Assembly: GCA_902801845.1 (NCBI GenBank)
Contig: CADCJW010000001.1
Location: forward strand, 16,376-80,375
Source: an uncultured Eubacteriales bacterium
Lineage (GTDB): Bacteria > Bacillota > Clostridia > Christensenellales > CAG-138
Direction of reading: 5' to 3'
Length of the DNA: 64,000 bases
Shown here: positions 37,358 through 46,016 of the stretch, one piece after another
Numbering within the stretch: position 1 is the stretch's first letter
Layout of the letters: every line of letters begins with the position of its first letter
The notes under the pieces: model-generated
The model's database searches: none
Seen by the model: the letters and a program-made list of their open reading frames with translations, nothing else
What the model was told of the DNA's origin: nothing
Translations under genes and position numbers: made by a program

Positions 37358-38763
37358 GACGTTTACTGTGCGGGTTGATGGCCTTGCTGCTTCTGTTAGG
37401 CTGCGGACGGGAAGTGATTGCTCCGACTGCGACGGTGGAAACGGCTTCGACCGCCGTGCCCTCCTCCACGCCTTCGCCTGTGGAGAACACGCCCACGACG
37501 GTGCCTACCCAGGCGCCCACGGAGCCGCCTCTGCCCACCTTCGCGCCAAGGACGGGGGAGGCTGCCTTTGGGGAGGAGCTGCTCTCTCATGACGGAGAGC
37601 CTTTGCTATCTTCGGTGAAAGCGCTTTTATCAAGCGGGAACCTGTCGAAAGCCGCTTTTTCCTCCGCGTTTTCCGATATCGTCGAACAGGCGAAGGCCTT
37701 GGACGATGCCTTTCTCCATCTTCAGGAGCAGGGGCGTACCCTGACCGCCGACAGGCGGGACAAGACTGCGGCCGCCCTAAATGAGCTCACGTCTCGCGAT
37801 ACGCTGGATGCCCTTTCCGCCGCCTATGCCCGCTGCGCCGGGGAGGGAGAGGCCCTGCCCATCTCCGCCTATACAACGGCGGTTGGTTCCCTGGTCAAGC
37901 ATATCAAATCTTCGGCGGAACGGACGGAGCCCTTCTTCTCCCTGGATGCAGATGGGGCGAACGATTACAAGGCGGCCCTTTCCCGATACATAGGGGAGCC
38001 CGTCGTACCGCGCAAGCTGCTGGAAGCGCTGGAATCCCTGGCGCAGACGGAAGCCTACGCTCTTGGCGCGGCGCTGCAGGCGGACCCGGAAGCGGCCAGA
38101 AAACAGGAGAAGCTTTCCTTTGGCAGCGCTGCCGAGGATATGCGGTTCCTCCATGCATTTACCGAAACCCTTTGTCCCTTGCCTGATGGCGCCAGGCTTC
38201 CCGATCTGCCCATAGAGCAGGCGGGGAAGGGGAAGGATCTATTTGAGCTCGCCTTCTACGGCTATCCGGGCATGGCGTTCCTCAAAGCCTATGGTGCTCA
38301 TGCGCCCGTGGAGCAGCATTCCAGATGGAATAGCGCGCCGGAGGGGTATCTTGCCGGCATAGCGATCCATGCCGCCTATGGGATCGTTCCCTATCTGGAC
38401 GACTTTGGTTTGGAGTACGTGCAGTACCGATGGTACGAGGAGATGCTGGACGTGACCTTGACCGGTATCTCCGCCCTTCTGATCCATTATTACGGGTACA
38501 CGCCGAAGAGCCTTGCCGCCTATTTAGAAAGCTGGGGCGCATCGTCCTTTACCGAGTATCTGTACGACAGGGCTATGTTCGATCCCTTCGAATGCCTCGT
38601 TTCCTCCTATGGGTACTGGTGTTACTTGGACATCTGTCAGGCGGCTCTGGATGCCGGATGCGGGTCTGAGGAGCAGTTTCTGCGGGACTATTTGGCCGCG
38701 GGACCGGCGCCATATGAAGCCTTGAAAGAATATATGGTCCATATGTACCAAAAACAAGGTTGA
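37354..38763 (+). CDS. predicted lipoprotein, function unknown
   Basis: Start at MRRLLCGLMALLLLLGC (lipobox LLGC), with ATGA overlap to the rluD stop. Thr/Pro-rich linker. I cannot assign the remainder. Confidence 0.6.
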   Translation: MRRLLCGLMALLLLLGCGREVIAPTATVETASTAVPSSTPSPVENTPTTVPTQAPTEPPLPTFAPRTGEAAFGEELLSHDGEPLLSSVKALLSSGNLSKAAFSSAFSDIVEQAKALDDAFLHLQEQGRTLTADRRDKTAAALNELTSRDTLDALSAAYARCAGEGEALPISAYTTAVGSLVKHIKSSAERTEPFFSLDADGANDYKAALSRYIGEPVVPRKLLEALESLAQTEAYALGAALQADPEAARKQEKLSFGSAAEDMRFLHAFTETLCPLPDGARLPDLPIEQAGKGKDLFELAFYGYPGMAFLKAYGAHAPVEQHSRWNSAPEGYLAGIAIHAAYGIVPYLDDFGLEYVQYRWYEEMLDVTLTGISALLIHYYGYTPKSLAAYLESWGASSFTEYLYDRAMFDPFECLVSSYGYWCYLDICQAALDAGCGSEEQFLRDYLAAGPAPYEALKEYMVHMYQKQG

Positions 38764-38788
38764 CAAAGCTAAGGACGGGGAGTAAAAT
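38760..38788 (+). promoter_or_regulatory. sigma-A promoter of the valS T-box leader
   Basis: TTGACA, 17 nt, TAAAAT. Confidence 0.75.
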
Positions 38789-38794
38789 TAACGC

Positions 38795-39043
38795 AAATAT
38801 GGGCTGTGAGAAAGAGGAGTACACTGGATTTCCTCTCAGAGAGGCGCTCGACGTGCTGCAAGGGCGCTGTGGAAGATCGGGTGGAAGGTCGCTTTTTAGC
38901 CCTGCGACGCGAGAGCCGGAAGGCGCGTAGTGTTGCACGCAGACGCTGCGTTATGGCTATGAGGGAAACGGGGGAGACCCTGTTTAACAAAGGTGGTACC
39001 GCGAGCGCCCGCTTCGTCCTTTGACGAAGGCGGGCGATTTGTT
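38795..39043 (+). promoter_or_regulatory. T-box riboswitch leader (tRNA-Val-sensing expected) with terminator/antiterminator
   Basis: Stem I elements GAGAAAGAGGAGTA and CAGAGAG. T-box sequence AACAAAGGTGGTACCGCG at 38986..39003. Terminator CGCCCGCTTCGTC-CTTTG-ACGAAGGCGGGCG plus ATTTGTT at 39006..39043. valS lies directly downstream. Confidence 0.88.
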
Positions 39044-39063
39044 ATATAGAGGAGAGTAAAGCA

Positions 39064-41691
39064 ATGAAAGACATGCCGAAGACCTACGATCATCAGATCG
39101 TGGAGAGCAAATGGTACGAAAAATGGGAGAAGAACGGGTACTTCCATGCTAAACCCAACCCCGACAAGGTGCCCTTCACCATCGTGATCCCACCCCCCAA
39201 CATAACGGGCAAACTTCACATGGGCCACGCCCTGGACAACACCCTCCAGGACGCCATCGCCCGCTACAAGCGCATGTCCGGCTACGAGATGCTGTGGCTC
39301 CCGGGCACGGACCACGCCTCCATCGCCACGGAGGTGAAGATCGTGGAAGCCCTGGCGGAGGAAGGCCTTACCAAGAAGGACATCGGCCGGGAAGGCTTTT
39401 TGAAGCGGGCCTGGCAGTGGCGGGCCGAGTACGGCTCCACCATCGTCAAGCAGCTTCGCAAAATGGGCTCCTCCTGCGACTGGGAGCGGGAACGGTTCAC
39501 AATGGACGAAGGCTGCAACAAGGCCGTGGTCAAGGTCTTCAAGTCCCTCTACGACAAGAAGCTCATCTATCGGGGCGATCGGATCATCAACTGGTGCCCT
39601 GACTGCAAAACCGCCCTTTCCGACGCCGAGGTGGAATATGAGACCCAGCAGAGCCATCTCTGGCATATCCGCTACGACGCCCCAGACAAGTCCTATTCCA
39701 TCACCGTGGCCACCACCCGGCCGGAGACCATGCTGGGCGATACAGCCATCGCCGTGAACCCGGAGGACGAGCGGTATAAGGGCATCATCGGCAAAACGGT
39801 GATCCTGCCTCTCGTGAATCGGGAGATCCCCATCGTGGGAGACGAGTACTGCGAGATGGAATTCGGCACCGGCGCCGTGAAGATCACGCCTGCCCACGAC
39901 CCCAACGACTTCGAGGTGGGGCAGCGGCATAATTTGCCCATCCTCAAGGTGTTCGACGAAAAGGGCTACATCAACGAGAACGGCGGCCAATACTGCGGCC
40001 AGGAGCGCTTCGAGTGCCGGAAGAACATCGTGGCGGACCTGGAAAAGAGCGGGAATCTGGTGAAGATCGAGGACTATACCCACAACGTGGGGACATGCTA
40101 TCGCTGCCACACCACCATCGAGACCATCGTGTCCAAGCAATGGTTCGTGGACATGAAGCCCCTGACGGAACCTGCTTTGGAGGCGGTGCGCTCCGGGCAG
40201 GTGAAGTTCATCCCCGAGCGGTTCTCCAAGCCCTATTTCAACTGGATGGAGAACATCCGGGACTGGTGCATCTCCCGCCAGCTCTGGTGGGGCCATCGGA
40301 TCCCCGTCTATTACTGCGACGACTGCGGCGGCGTGTTCTGCGAGGAGGAAGCCCCCGAGAAGTGCCCCAACTGCGGCGGCAAGCTTCGGCAGGACGAGGA
40401 CGTGCTGGACACCTGGTTCTCCTCGGGCCTGTGGCCTTTTTCCACTCTGGGCTGGCCGGAGAAGACGGAGGAACTCAGCTATTTCTATCCCACCACGACG
40501 CTGGTGACCGGTTACGACATCATCACCTTCTGGGTGAGCCGCATGATCACCTTCGGCATGGAGGTCATGAAAAAGCCCCCCTTTGAGAACGTGTACATCC
40601 ACGGCCTCGTGCGAGACAGCCTGGGCCGGAAGATGAGCAAATCTCTGGGCAACGGCATCGACCCCCTGGAGATCATCGAAAAGTACGGCGCCGACCCCCT
40701 GCGCTTCTCGCTGGTCACCGGCAATTCCGCCGGCAACGATATGCGCTTCTACTGGGAGAAGGTGGAATCCGCCCGGAACTTCTGCAACAAGGTGTATAAC
40801 GCCGCCCGCTTCGTGCTGATGAACATCCCCGAGGACGCTCAGCCCACCATCCGGGAGGAGCTTTTGGACACCGCGGACAAGTGGATCCTGTCCCGCCTTA
40901 ACGAGATCACTCGGGAGGTGACGGATAACCTGGACGCCTACGAGCTGAATCTGGCAGCGGAGAAGATCTACGATTTCATCTGGGCCGAGTTCTGCGACTG
41001 GTACATCGAAATGGCTAAGTCCGCCCTGTACGGTGACGATGCCGCCCGGAAGGAGAACGTGGCCGCCGTGCTCATACAGGTCTTGGGCACGTCCATGAAG
41101 CTGCTGCATCCCTTCATGCCCTTCATCACCGAGGAGCTCTACCAACAGCTGCCCGGCCACGAGGAGACCATCATGCTCTGCGCCTGGCCCAAGGCCCAGG
41201 AGGGGCAGCTTTACGCCCGGGAGTGCGACACCATGGAGACCATCATGGACCTGGTGCGGAACATCCGCAACATCCGGGCCGATCTCAAGGTGCCGCCCGC
41301 CCAGCGGATCGAGGCGCGGATCGTCTGCGCCGATCCCAAGGCCCTGGAGGGGGCGGAGGGGTACCTCCTGAAGCTGGCCGGGGTGGAGAAGACCTCCATC
41401 CAGTCTGAGCGTGGCCAGGTCCTCAAGAGCGACGTGCACATCGTTTCCGAGAAGGCGGAGGCGTTCATCCCCCTGGCTTCCCTGGTGGACCTCGACAAGG
41501 AACGGGAGCGCATCGACAAGGAGATCGAGCGTGTGAAGGGCGACATCGCCCGGGCCAAGGGCAAGCTCAGCAACGAGAAATTCGTCTCCAAGGCCCCTGA
41601 AGCCGTGGTTAACGAGGAGCGCCGCAAGCTCCAGGCGGGGGAGGACATGCTCCAAAAGCTTCAGGAACGTCGAGATGCACTGAACGACTGA
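39064..41691 (+). CDS. valS: valine--tRNA ligase
   Basis: PPPNITGKLHMGHAL (HIGH), KMSKSLGN (KMSKS) and a C-terminal coiled coil. GAGGAGAG RBS. Confidence 0.95.
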   Translation: MKDMPKTYDHQIVESKWYEKWEKNGYFHAKPNPDKVPFTIVIPPPNITGKLHMGHALDNTLQDAIARYKRMSGYEMLWLPGTDHASIATEVKIVEALAEEGLTKKDIGREGFLKRAWQWRAEYGSTIVKQLRKMGSSCDWERERFTMDEGCNKAVVKVFKSLYDKKLIYRGDRIINWCPDCKTALSDAEVEYETQQSHLWHIRYDAPDKSYSITVATTRPETMLGDTAIAVNPEDERYKGIIGKTVILPLVNREIPIVGDEYCEMEFGTGAVKITPAHDPNDFEVGQRHNLPILKVFDEKGYINENGGQYCGQERFECRKNIVADLEKSGNLVKIEDYTHNVGTCYRCHTTIETIVSKQWFVDMKPLTEPALEAVRSGQVKFIPERFSKPYFNWMENIRDWCISRQLWWGHRIPVYYCDDCGGVFCEEEAPEKCPNCGGKLRQDEDVLDTWFSSGLWPFSTLGWPEKTEELSYFYPTTTLVTGYDIITFWVSRMITFGMEVMKKPPFENVYIHGLVRDSLGRKMSKSLGNGIDPLEIIEKYGADPLRFSLVTGNSAGNDMRFYWEKVESARNFCNKVYNAARFVLMNIPEDAQPTIREELLDTADKWILSRLNEITREVTDNLDAYELNLAAEKIYDFIWAEFCDWYIEMAKSALYGDDAARKENVAAVLIQVLGTSMKLLHPFMPFITEELYQQLPGHEETIMLCAWPKAQEGQLYARECDTMETIMDLVRNIRNIRADLKVPPAQRIEARIVCADPKALEGAEGYLLKLAGVEKTSIQSERGQVLKSDVHIVSEKAEAFIPLASLVDLDKERERIDKEIERVKGDIARAKGKLSNEKFVSKAPEAVVNEERRKLQAGEDMLQKLQERRDALND

Positions 41692-41773
41692 CACAGGCAA
41701 ACGCCATATCTCCGCATCCCAAACCGATGCGGGGATATGGCCTATCGAAGGGGACATTATTTCAAAAAAGCTA

Positions 41774-41802
41774 TTGACAATTCCTGTTCGATGTTGTATA
41801 TT
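41774..41802 (+). promoter_or_regulatory. sigma-A promoter of the 7-tRNA operon
   Basis: TTGACA, 17 nt, TATATT, about 33 nt upstream of tRNA-Pro. Confidence 0.75.
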
Positions 41803-41834
41803 TGTCAAGTCGCGAAAAGCAGCGTGGCGCTTTA

Positions 41835-41911
41835 CGGGGTGTGGCGCAGTCCGGTAGCGCACGTGCTTTGGGAGCATGGGGCCGGAGGTTCAAATCCTCT
41901 CACCCCGACCA
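41835..41911 (+). tRNA. tRNA-Pro (TGG), CCA encoded
   Basis: CGGGGTG...CACCCCGACCA. Anticodon loop TTTGGGA. Confidence 0.9.
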
Positions 41912-41916
41912 GGTGT

Positions 41917-41991
41917 GGCCCCGTGGTCAAGCGGTTAAGACATCGCCCTTTCACGGCGGTAACAGGAGTTCGATTCTCCTCGGGGTCACCA
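41917..41991 (+). tRNA. tRNA-Glu (TTC), CCA encoded
   Basis: GGCCCCGTGGTCAAGCGGTTAAGACA... Anticodon loop CTTTCAC. Confidence 0.9.
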
Positions 41992-42013
41992 TTTCCTTCC
42001 GGGAATTGATTGA

Positions 42014-42090
42014 GGGCCTTTAGCTCAGTTGGTCAGAGCAGTCGGCTCATAACCGATCGGTCCGGGGTTCAAGTCCCTGAAGGCCCACCA
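42014..42090 (+). tRNA. tRNA with CAT anticodon, probably tRNA-Ile2 (lysidine type) rather than elongator Met
   Basis: GGGCCTTTAGCTCAGTTGGTCAGAGCAGTCGGCTCATAACCGATCGGTC... resembles ileX-type sequences as I remember them. The Met versus Ile2 call is not certain. Confidence 0.85.
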
Positions 42091-42093
42091 CGC

Positions 42094-42170
42094 GGCCCGG
42101 TAGTACAGTTGGTTAGTACGCCAGCCTGTCACGCTGGAGGTCAGGGGTTCGAGCCCCCTCCGGGTCGCCA
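42094..42170 (+). tRNA. tRNA-Asp (GTC), CCA encoded
   Basis: GGCCCGGTAGTACAGTTGGTTAGTAC... Anticodon loop CTGTCAC. Confidence 0.9.
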
Positions 42171-42199
42171 CTTTCTCCGAGAGAACGGCTCACCAGCTC

Positions 42200-42274
42200 G
42201 CTGGTGTAGCTCAATGGCAGAGCAACTGATTTGTAATCAGTAGGTTGAAGGTTCGACTCCTTTCACCAGCTCCA
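42200..42274 (+). tRNA. tRNA-Thr (TGT), CCA encoded
   Basis: GCTGGTGTAGCTCAATGGCAGAGCA... Anticodon loop TTTGTAA. Confidence 0.9.
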
Positions 42275-42295
42275 AACCTTGACAGCTTGATACAT

Positions 42296-42380
<85 letters not shown>

Positions 42381-42384
42381 ATAT

Positions 42385-42471
42385 GCGGGAATGGCGGAAT
42401 TGGCAGACGCGCACGGTTCAGGTCCGTGTGAAAGCGATTTCATGCAGGTTCAAGTCCTGTTTCCCGCACCA
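42385..42471 (+). tRNA. tRNA-Leu (CAG), long variable arm, CCA encoded
   Basis: GCGGGAATGGCGGAATTGGCAGACGC... Anticodon loop TTCAGGT. Confidence 0.9.
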
Positions 42472-42473
42472 AC

Positions 42474-42507
42474 AAAAAACAGAGTCCATCCGGACTCTGT
42501 TTTTTGT
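42474..42507 (+). terminator. intrinsic terminator of the tRNA operon
   Basis: ACAGAGTCC-ATCC-GGACTCTGT followed by TTTTTGTT. Confidence 0.85.
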
Positions 42508-42517
42508 TGCATGGAAT

Positions 42518-42567
42518 GGAACAGGACTTGAAGGGCGCAGGCGCGAATCAAGTCCTGTTTCCCGCAC
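42518..42567 (+). repeat. tRNA-Leu-derived palindromic module (minimal form): inverted arm, 16-nt loop, 20-nt sense copy of the tRNA 3' segment
   Basis: 42548..42567 is identical to 42450..42469 (T-loop to discriminator plus 1). A 12-bp stem pairs 42520-42531 with 42548-42559. The loop AGGGCGCAGGCGCGAA contains the motif shared with the Val module. Confidence 0.6.
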
Positions 42568-42595
42568 ATGTTAGCTCCAGAAAACTGACGGCAAA

Positions 42596-42940
42596 ATGAA
42601 CATAGGCATCGACTATTGGTGCAAAGTCGTTTATGAGGTCGGAACACCATTTGCAATCATCGCGTTTTGTTTGCATGAGGGCAATTTTCACATCATGGAG
42701 CTGCTTGTTAGACCCGAAATGCGTGGCAGAGGATATGGTACGTTGCTGCTTCGCGAGCTCCTTTCTAATGGAAAATTAATCATTGGTCATAAGATCGAAA
42801 AAGCCACTGCGATCGTTTTTTCGAACAATCGAGCGTCACGGAAGACTTTTGAAAAGGTTGGATTTACATCCGATGCTACGAACGGCCAGGATGACATAAA
42901 GTATCAGTATTTTTTGCAGCAAAAAGCAGAGTCGATGTGA
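42596..42940 (+). CDS. GNAT-family N-acetyltransferase, short and probably N-terminally truncated
   Basis: ELLVRPEMRGRGYGTLLLRELL (motif A, RxxGxG) and FEKVGF, but only about 35 aa precede motif A. No obvious RBS. The region is visibly AT-richer than its flanks. Confidence 0.6.
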   Translation: MNIGIDYWCKVVYEVGTPFAIIAFCLHEGNFHIMELLVRPEMRGRGYGTLLLRELLSNGKLIIGHKIEKATAIVFSNNRASRKTFEKVGFTSDATNGQDDIKYQYFLQQKAESM

Positions 42941-42953
42941 ACTCTGCTTTTAT
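42923..42953. terminator. bidirectional intrinsic terminator
   Basis: AAAGCAGAGT-CGATGTGA-ACTCTGCTTT followed by TAT, with an A-tract upstream, between convergent genes. Confidence 0.65.
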
Positions 42954-42982
42954 ATTCTAAGGATGGTTTCAGATTCAGACTC

Positions 42983-44491
42983 TTATAGCCAATTCCCGAA
43001 CAGCCCCCTGGCGATGGCCTTTCCAAGCTTGCGCCCGACCTTGTTCAGGATGGAGTTGGTGGCGGATTTCGCCACCTTCTTGGCCGCCTTTCCAACGGCA
43101 CTTTGCTGCTTCTTTTTTGAGGAGGCAGCTACTTTCTTTTGCTCCGCTACCTGCTTTTCAGCGGCCTTCTGCTCCGCTTCCGCCAGGGCCGCCTGCTCTC
43201 TTGCGTCTGCTTCCTCCTTCAGCTTCTCATAGGCGGAATACCGGTCCACCGCATCCAGATAGATGGGGTAGAGGGGGTCCTTTTCCAGTACCTGTTGCCG
43301 GGTCTGTTCCTGAGCCGGGGCCATCAAGCTTTGGGGCGGCAGGATGTTGGAGCGCTCCACCATGGCGGGGATGCCCTTTTCGTCAAGGAGGGAGACGAGG
43401 GCTTCGCCGGTGCCCAGGCTCAATATCTCCTTTTCCGTGTCCAGCTCGGGATTGGTCCTAAAGGAGTTGGCCGCCGCCTTTACTGCCTTCATTTCGGCGG
43501 GGGTATAGGCCCGCAGCCCGTGCTGGATCCGGTTGCTGAGCTGGGCAAGCACGTCGTTTGGGATGTCGGAGGGACTTTGGCTCACAAAGTAGATGCCCAC
43601 GCCTTTGGACCGGATCAGCTTCACCAGCTGCACGATCTTTTCGAGGAACGCCTTAGGCGCGTTCTGGAAGAGCAGGTGGGCTTCGTCGAAGAAGAACACC
43701 GCCTTGGGCTTCTCCGGGTCGCCCACCTCGGGTAAGCGCTCGAACAACTCCGACACCAGCCAGATGAGGAAGGTGCTGTAGACGAGGGGGCTCTGGATGA
43801 GCTTGGTGCTGTCCAGGATGTTCAGCATGCCGTGGCCGTCCTCATCCACCCGCAGCAAATCGGCGATGGAGATAGAGGGCTCGCCAAAGAAGATATTGCC
43901 GCCCTCGTCCTCCAATCGAAGCAGCGCCCGCTGAATGGCACCGATGCTCTGGGGCGTTACGTTCCCGTAGGTGGTGACCAGGCTACCCCTATTGTCAGAA
44001 ACGTAGGTGAGCATGGCCCGCAAGTCCTTCAGATCGATGAGTTCCAGGCCGTTGTCGTCCGCCACCCGGTAGACGATGTGCAGAACCCCCGTCTGGACCT
44101 CTGTAAGGCCCAGCAAACGGGAGAACATGAGGGGGCCCATGTCCGACACCTTGATGCGGACGGGGATGCCCTTCTCCCCGAAAATGTCCCAGAAGGCCAC
44201 GGGATATTCCCGATAGCTCCAAACCTTCTTGAGGTCGAAGCGATCGATCCGTTTCTGCATGTTTTCCGAATCCACTCCAGGCTCGGCAAGCCCCGACACG
44301 TCGCCCTTCACGTCCGCCAGGAACACGGGGACCCCCATGTCGGAAAAGCTCTCCGCCAGGACCTTCATGGTCACGGTCTTGCCCGTGCCGGTGGCGCCGG
44401 TGATGAGACCGTGGCGGTTGGCCATCTCAGGCAGCAGATATATCTTCTTCCCGTTTGCGCTGGCAATATAGGCTTTGTTCTCGAAAAACAT
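42983..44491 (-). CDS. DUF853/YjgR-type HerA-like P-loop ATPase
   Basis: GATGTGKT Walker A and VFFFDEAHLLF Walker B. Lys/Ala-rich C-terminal tail. Confidence 0.8.
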   Translation of the reverse strand: MFFENKAYIASANGKKIYLLPEMANRHGLITGATGTGKTVTMKVLAESFSDMGVPVFLADVKGDVSGLAEPGVDSENMQKRIDRFDLKKVWSYREYPVAFWDIFGEKGIPVRIKVSDMGPLMFSRLLGLTEVQTGVLHIVYRVADDNGLELIDLKDLRAMLTYVSDNRGSLVTTYGNVTPQSIGAIQRALLRLEDEGGNIFFGEPSISIADLLRVDEDGHGMLNILDSTKLIQSPLVYSTFLIWLVSELFERLPEVGDPEKPKAVFFFDEAHLLFQNAPKAFLEKIVQLVKLIRSKGVGIYFVSQSPSDIPNDVLAQLSNRIQHGLRAYTPAEMKAVKAAANSFRTNPELDTEKEILSLGTGEALVSLLDEKGIPAMVERSNILPPQSLMAPAQEQTRQQVLEKDPLYPIYLDAVDRYSAYEKLKEEADAREQAALAEAEQKAAEKQVAEQKKVAASSKKKQQSAVGKAAKKVAKSATNSILNKVGRKLGKAIARGLFGNWL

Positions 44492-44562
44492 GACAGATAC
44501 CTCCTTTATGTACCCATAGTATCATCGAACCGTCGGTTGTACAAGGGGAACAAAAAATAATG

Positions 44563-44591
44563 TTGTCGCCGGGGCGAAAGTACGCTATAAT
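44563..44591 (+). promoter_or_regulatory. sigma-A promoter for miaB
   Basis: TTGTCG, 17 nt, TATAAT. Confidence 0.6.
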
Positions 44592-44614
44592 ACAGTCGAT
44601 TAAATTGGAGAAGT

Positions 44615-46012
44615 ATGTGGATGCAGGCAAAACTGATCGAACCGAATCGAATAGAGCTGCAGCAAGGCATGGCCCAGGAGGTCCTTGACCGGGTCCGGGG
44701 TCAGAAAAAGACATATTATATCGAGACCTATGGCTGTCAGATGAACGTGCGCGACTCCGAGACCATCGCAGGACTTTTGCAGCGGATGGGGTATCTCCCC
44801 GCTGAAACGAAGGATACCGCCAACGTAATTCTGTTCAACACCTGCTGCGTTCGGGACCACGCCGAAAAGAGGCTTCTCGCCAACATCGGCGCCCTGAAGG
44901 AGCGCAAGGACGGGGAGGAGGAGCTCATCATCGGCATCTGCGGCTGTATGATGCAGCAGGCCGACGTGGCGAAAAAGGTCATGCGTCGGTTCCCCTTCGT
45001 GAATTTCGTCTTCGGCACCAACGTGCTGTGGCGGCTGCCGGAGCTGATGCTGAGCGCCCTAAACGGCGAGCGGCTCATCCTCACGGAGGAGGAGGGTTTC
45101 GCCATCTGTGAAGGGCTGCCTGCCCGGCGGTCCAATCCCTTCTCGGCCTTCGTGAACATCACCTTTGGCTGCGATAACTTCTGCTCCTACTGCATCGTGC
45201 CTTATGTGCGTGGCCGGGAGCGGTCCAGAGAGCTTTCCGAGGTAGTCGGCGAGGTCCGCGCCCTGGCGGAGCAGGGGATCACGGAGGTGACCCTGTTGGG
45301 ACAGAACGTGAACTCCTACGGCAAGGGCATGGACGTGGATTTTGCGGACCTGCTGAAGGCGGCGAACGGGGTGGACGGCATCCGACGCATCCGGTATATG
45401 TCCAGTCACCCCAAGGATCTGTCGCCTCGGCTCATGGCGGCCATCGCGGAAAACGACAAGGTCTGTCACCACATGCACCTGCCCGTCCAGTCCGGCAGCA
45501 CCGCCATCCTGGAGCGAATGAACCGGCGTTACACCCGGGAAGGGTATCTGAAGCTGGTGGAGGACTTGCGGCGCACGGTGCCGGATATCGAGCTCACCAC
45601 CGATGTGATCGTCGGTTTTCCCGGGGAAACCGACAGGGATTTTGAGGATACCCTGTCCCTTATGGACCAGGTGGGCTACGCCGCCGCCTTCACCTTCAAG
45701 TATTCCCCTCGCAAGGGCACCCGTGCGGCGGAGGCAGCGGACCAGATACCTGAGCCGGTCAAAAAGGAGCGGCTGAAGCGGCTCAACGACCTGCAGGCCA
45801 GAAAGACCGCCGAGAACAACCAAAAATACCTGGGACACAGGGGAGAGGTGCTGATCGAAGGCTTTGACCGACGGCAGCAGACCATCCTATTCGGCAAGCT
45901 GGACACCTTCAAAATGGTCTATTTCCCCGGCGACGAAAGGCTGCTGGGCACCTATCAAACCGTGACCGTCACGGAATGCGCGCGGAACTCCCTGTTGGGA
46001 AGAATGGAGTAA
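44615..46012 (+). CDS. miaB: tRNA-i6A37 methylthiotransferase
   Basis: YIETYGCQMN (UPF0004 domain), CDNFCSYCIVP radical-SAM motif and a TRAM C-terminus. A start at 44621 is also possible. Confidence 0.9.
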   Translation: MWMQAKLIEPNRIELQQGMAQEVLDRVRGQKKTYYIETYGCQMNVRDSETIAGLLQRMGYLPAETKDTANVILFNTCCVRDHAEKRLLANIGALKERKDGEEELIIGICGCMMQQADVAKKVMRRFPFVNFVFGTNVLWRLPELMLSALNGERLILTEEEGFAICEGLPARRSNPFSAFVNITFGCDNFCSYCIVPYVRGRERSRELSEVVGEVRALAEQGITEVTLLGQNVNSYGKGMDVDFADLLKAANGVDGIRRIRYMSSHPKDLSPRLMAAIAENDKVCHHMHLPVQSGSTAILERMNRRYTREGYLKLVEDLRRTVPDIELTTDVIVGFPGETDRDFEDTLSLMDQVGYAAAFTFKYSPRKGTRAAEAADQIPEPVKKERLKRLNDLQARKTAENNQKYLGHRGEVLIEGFDRRQQTILFGKLDTFKMVYFPGDERLLGTYQTVTVTECARNSLLGRME

Positions 46013-46016
46013 GAAT

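Noticed and set aside
41703-41745. 15-bp hairpin (CCATATCTCCGCATC-CCAAACC-GATGCGGGGATATGG) after valS as an intrinsic terminator
   Set aside because: No U-tract follows it (CCTATCGAAGG), so I did not call it a terminator. It may stabilise the valS 3' end or act with Rho. The strong tRNA operon promoter starts 30 nt later.
38896-41877. 993-aa minus-strand ORF, the longest in the window
   Set aside because: It is exactly antisense to valS, which has the HIGH and KMSKS motifs, a T-box leader and an RBS. Its product is a low-complexity, Gly/His/Leu/Pro-rich protein. This is a GC-rich antisense artefact.
42983-44491. HerA-like ATPase as part of a defence system (for example a SIR2-HerA type)
   Set aside because: It is a DUF853/YjgR-type stand-alone gene with no adjacent effector (no SIR2, nuclease or DUF4297). 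The flanking genes are a truncated GNAT and miaB.
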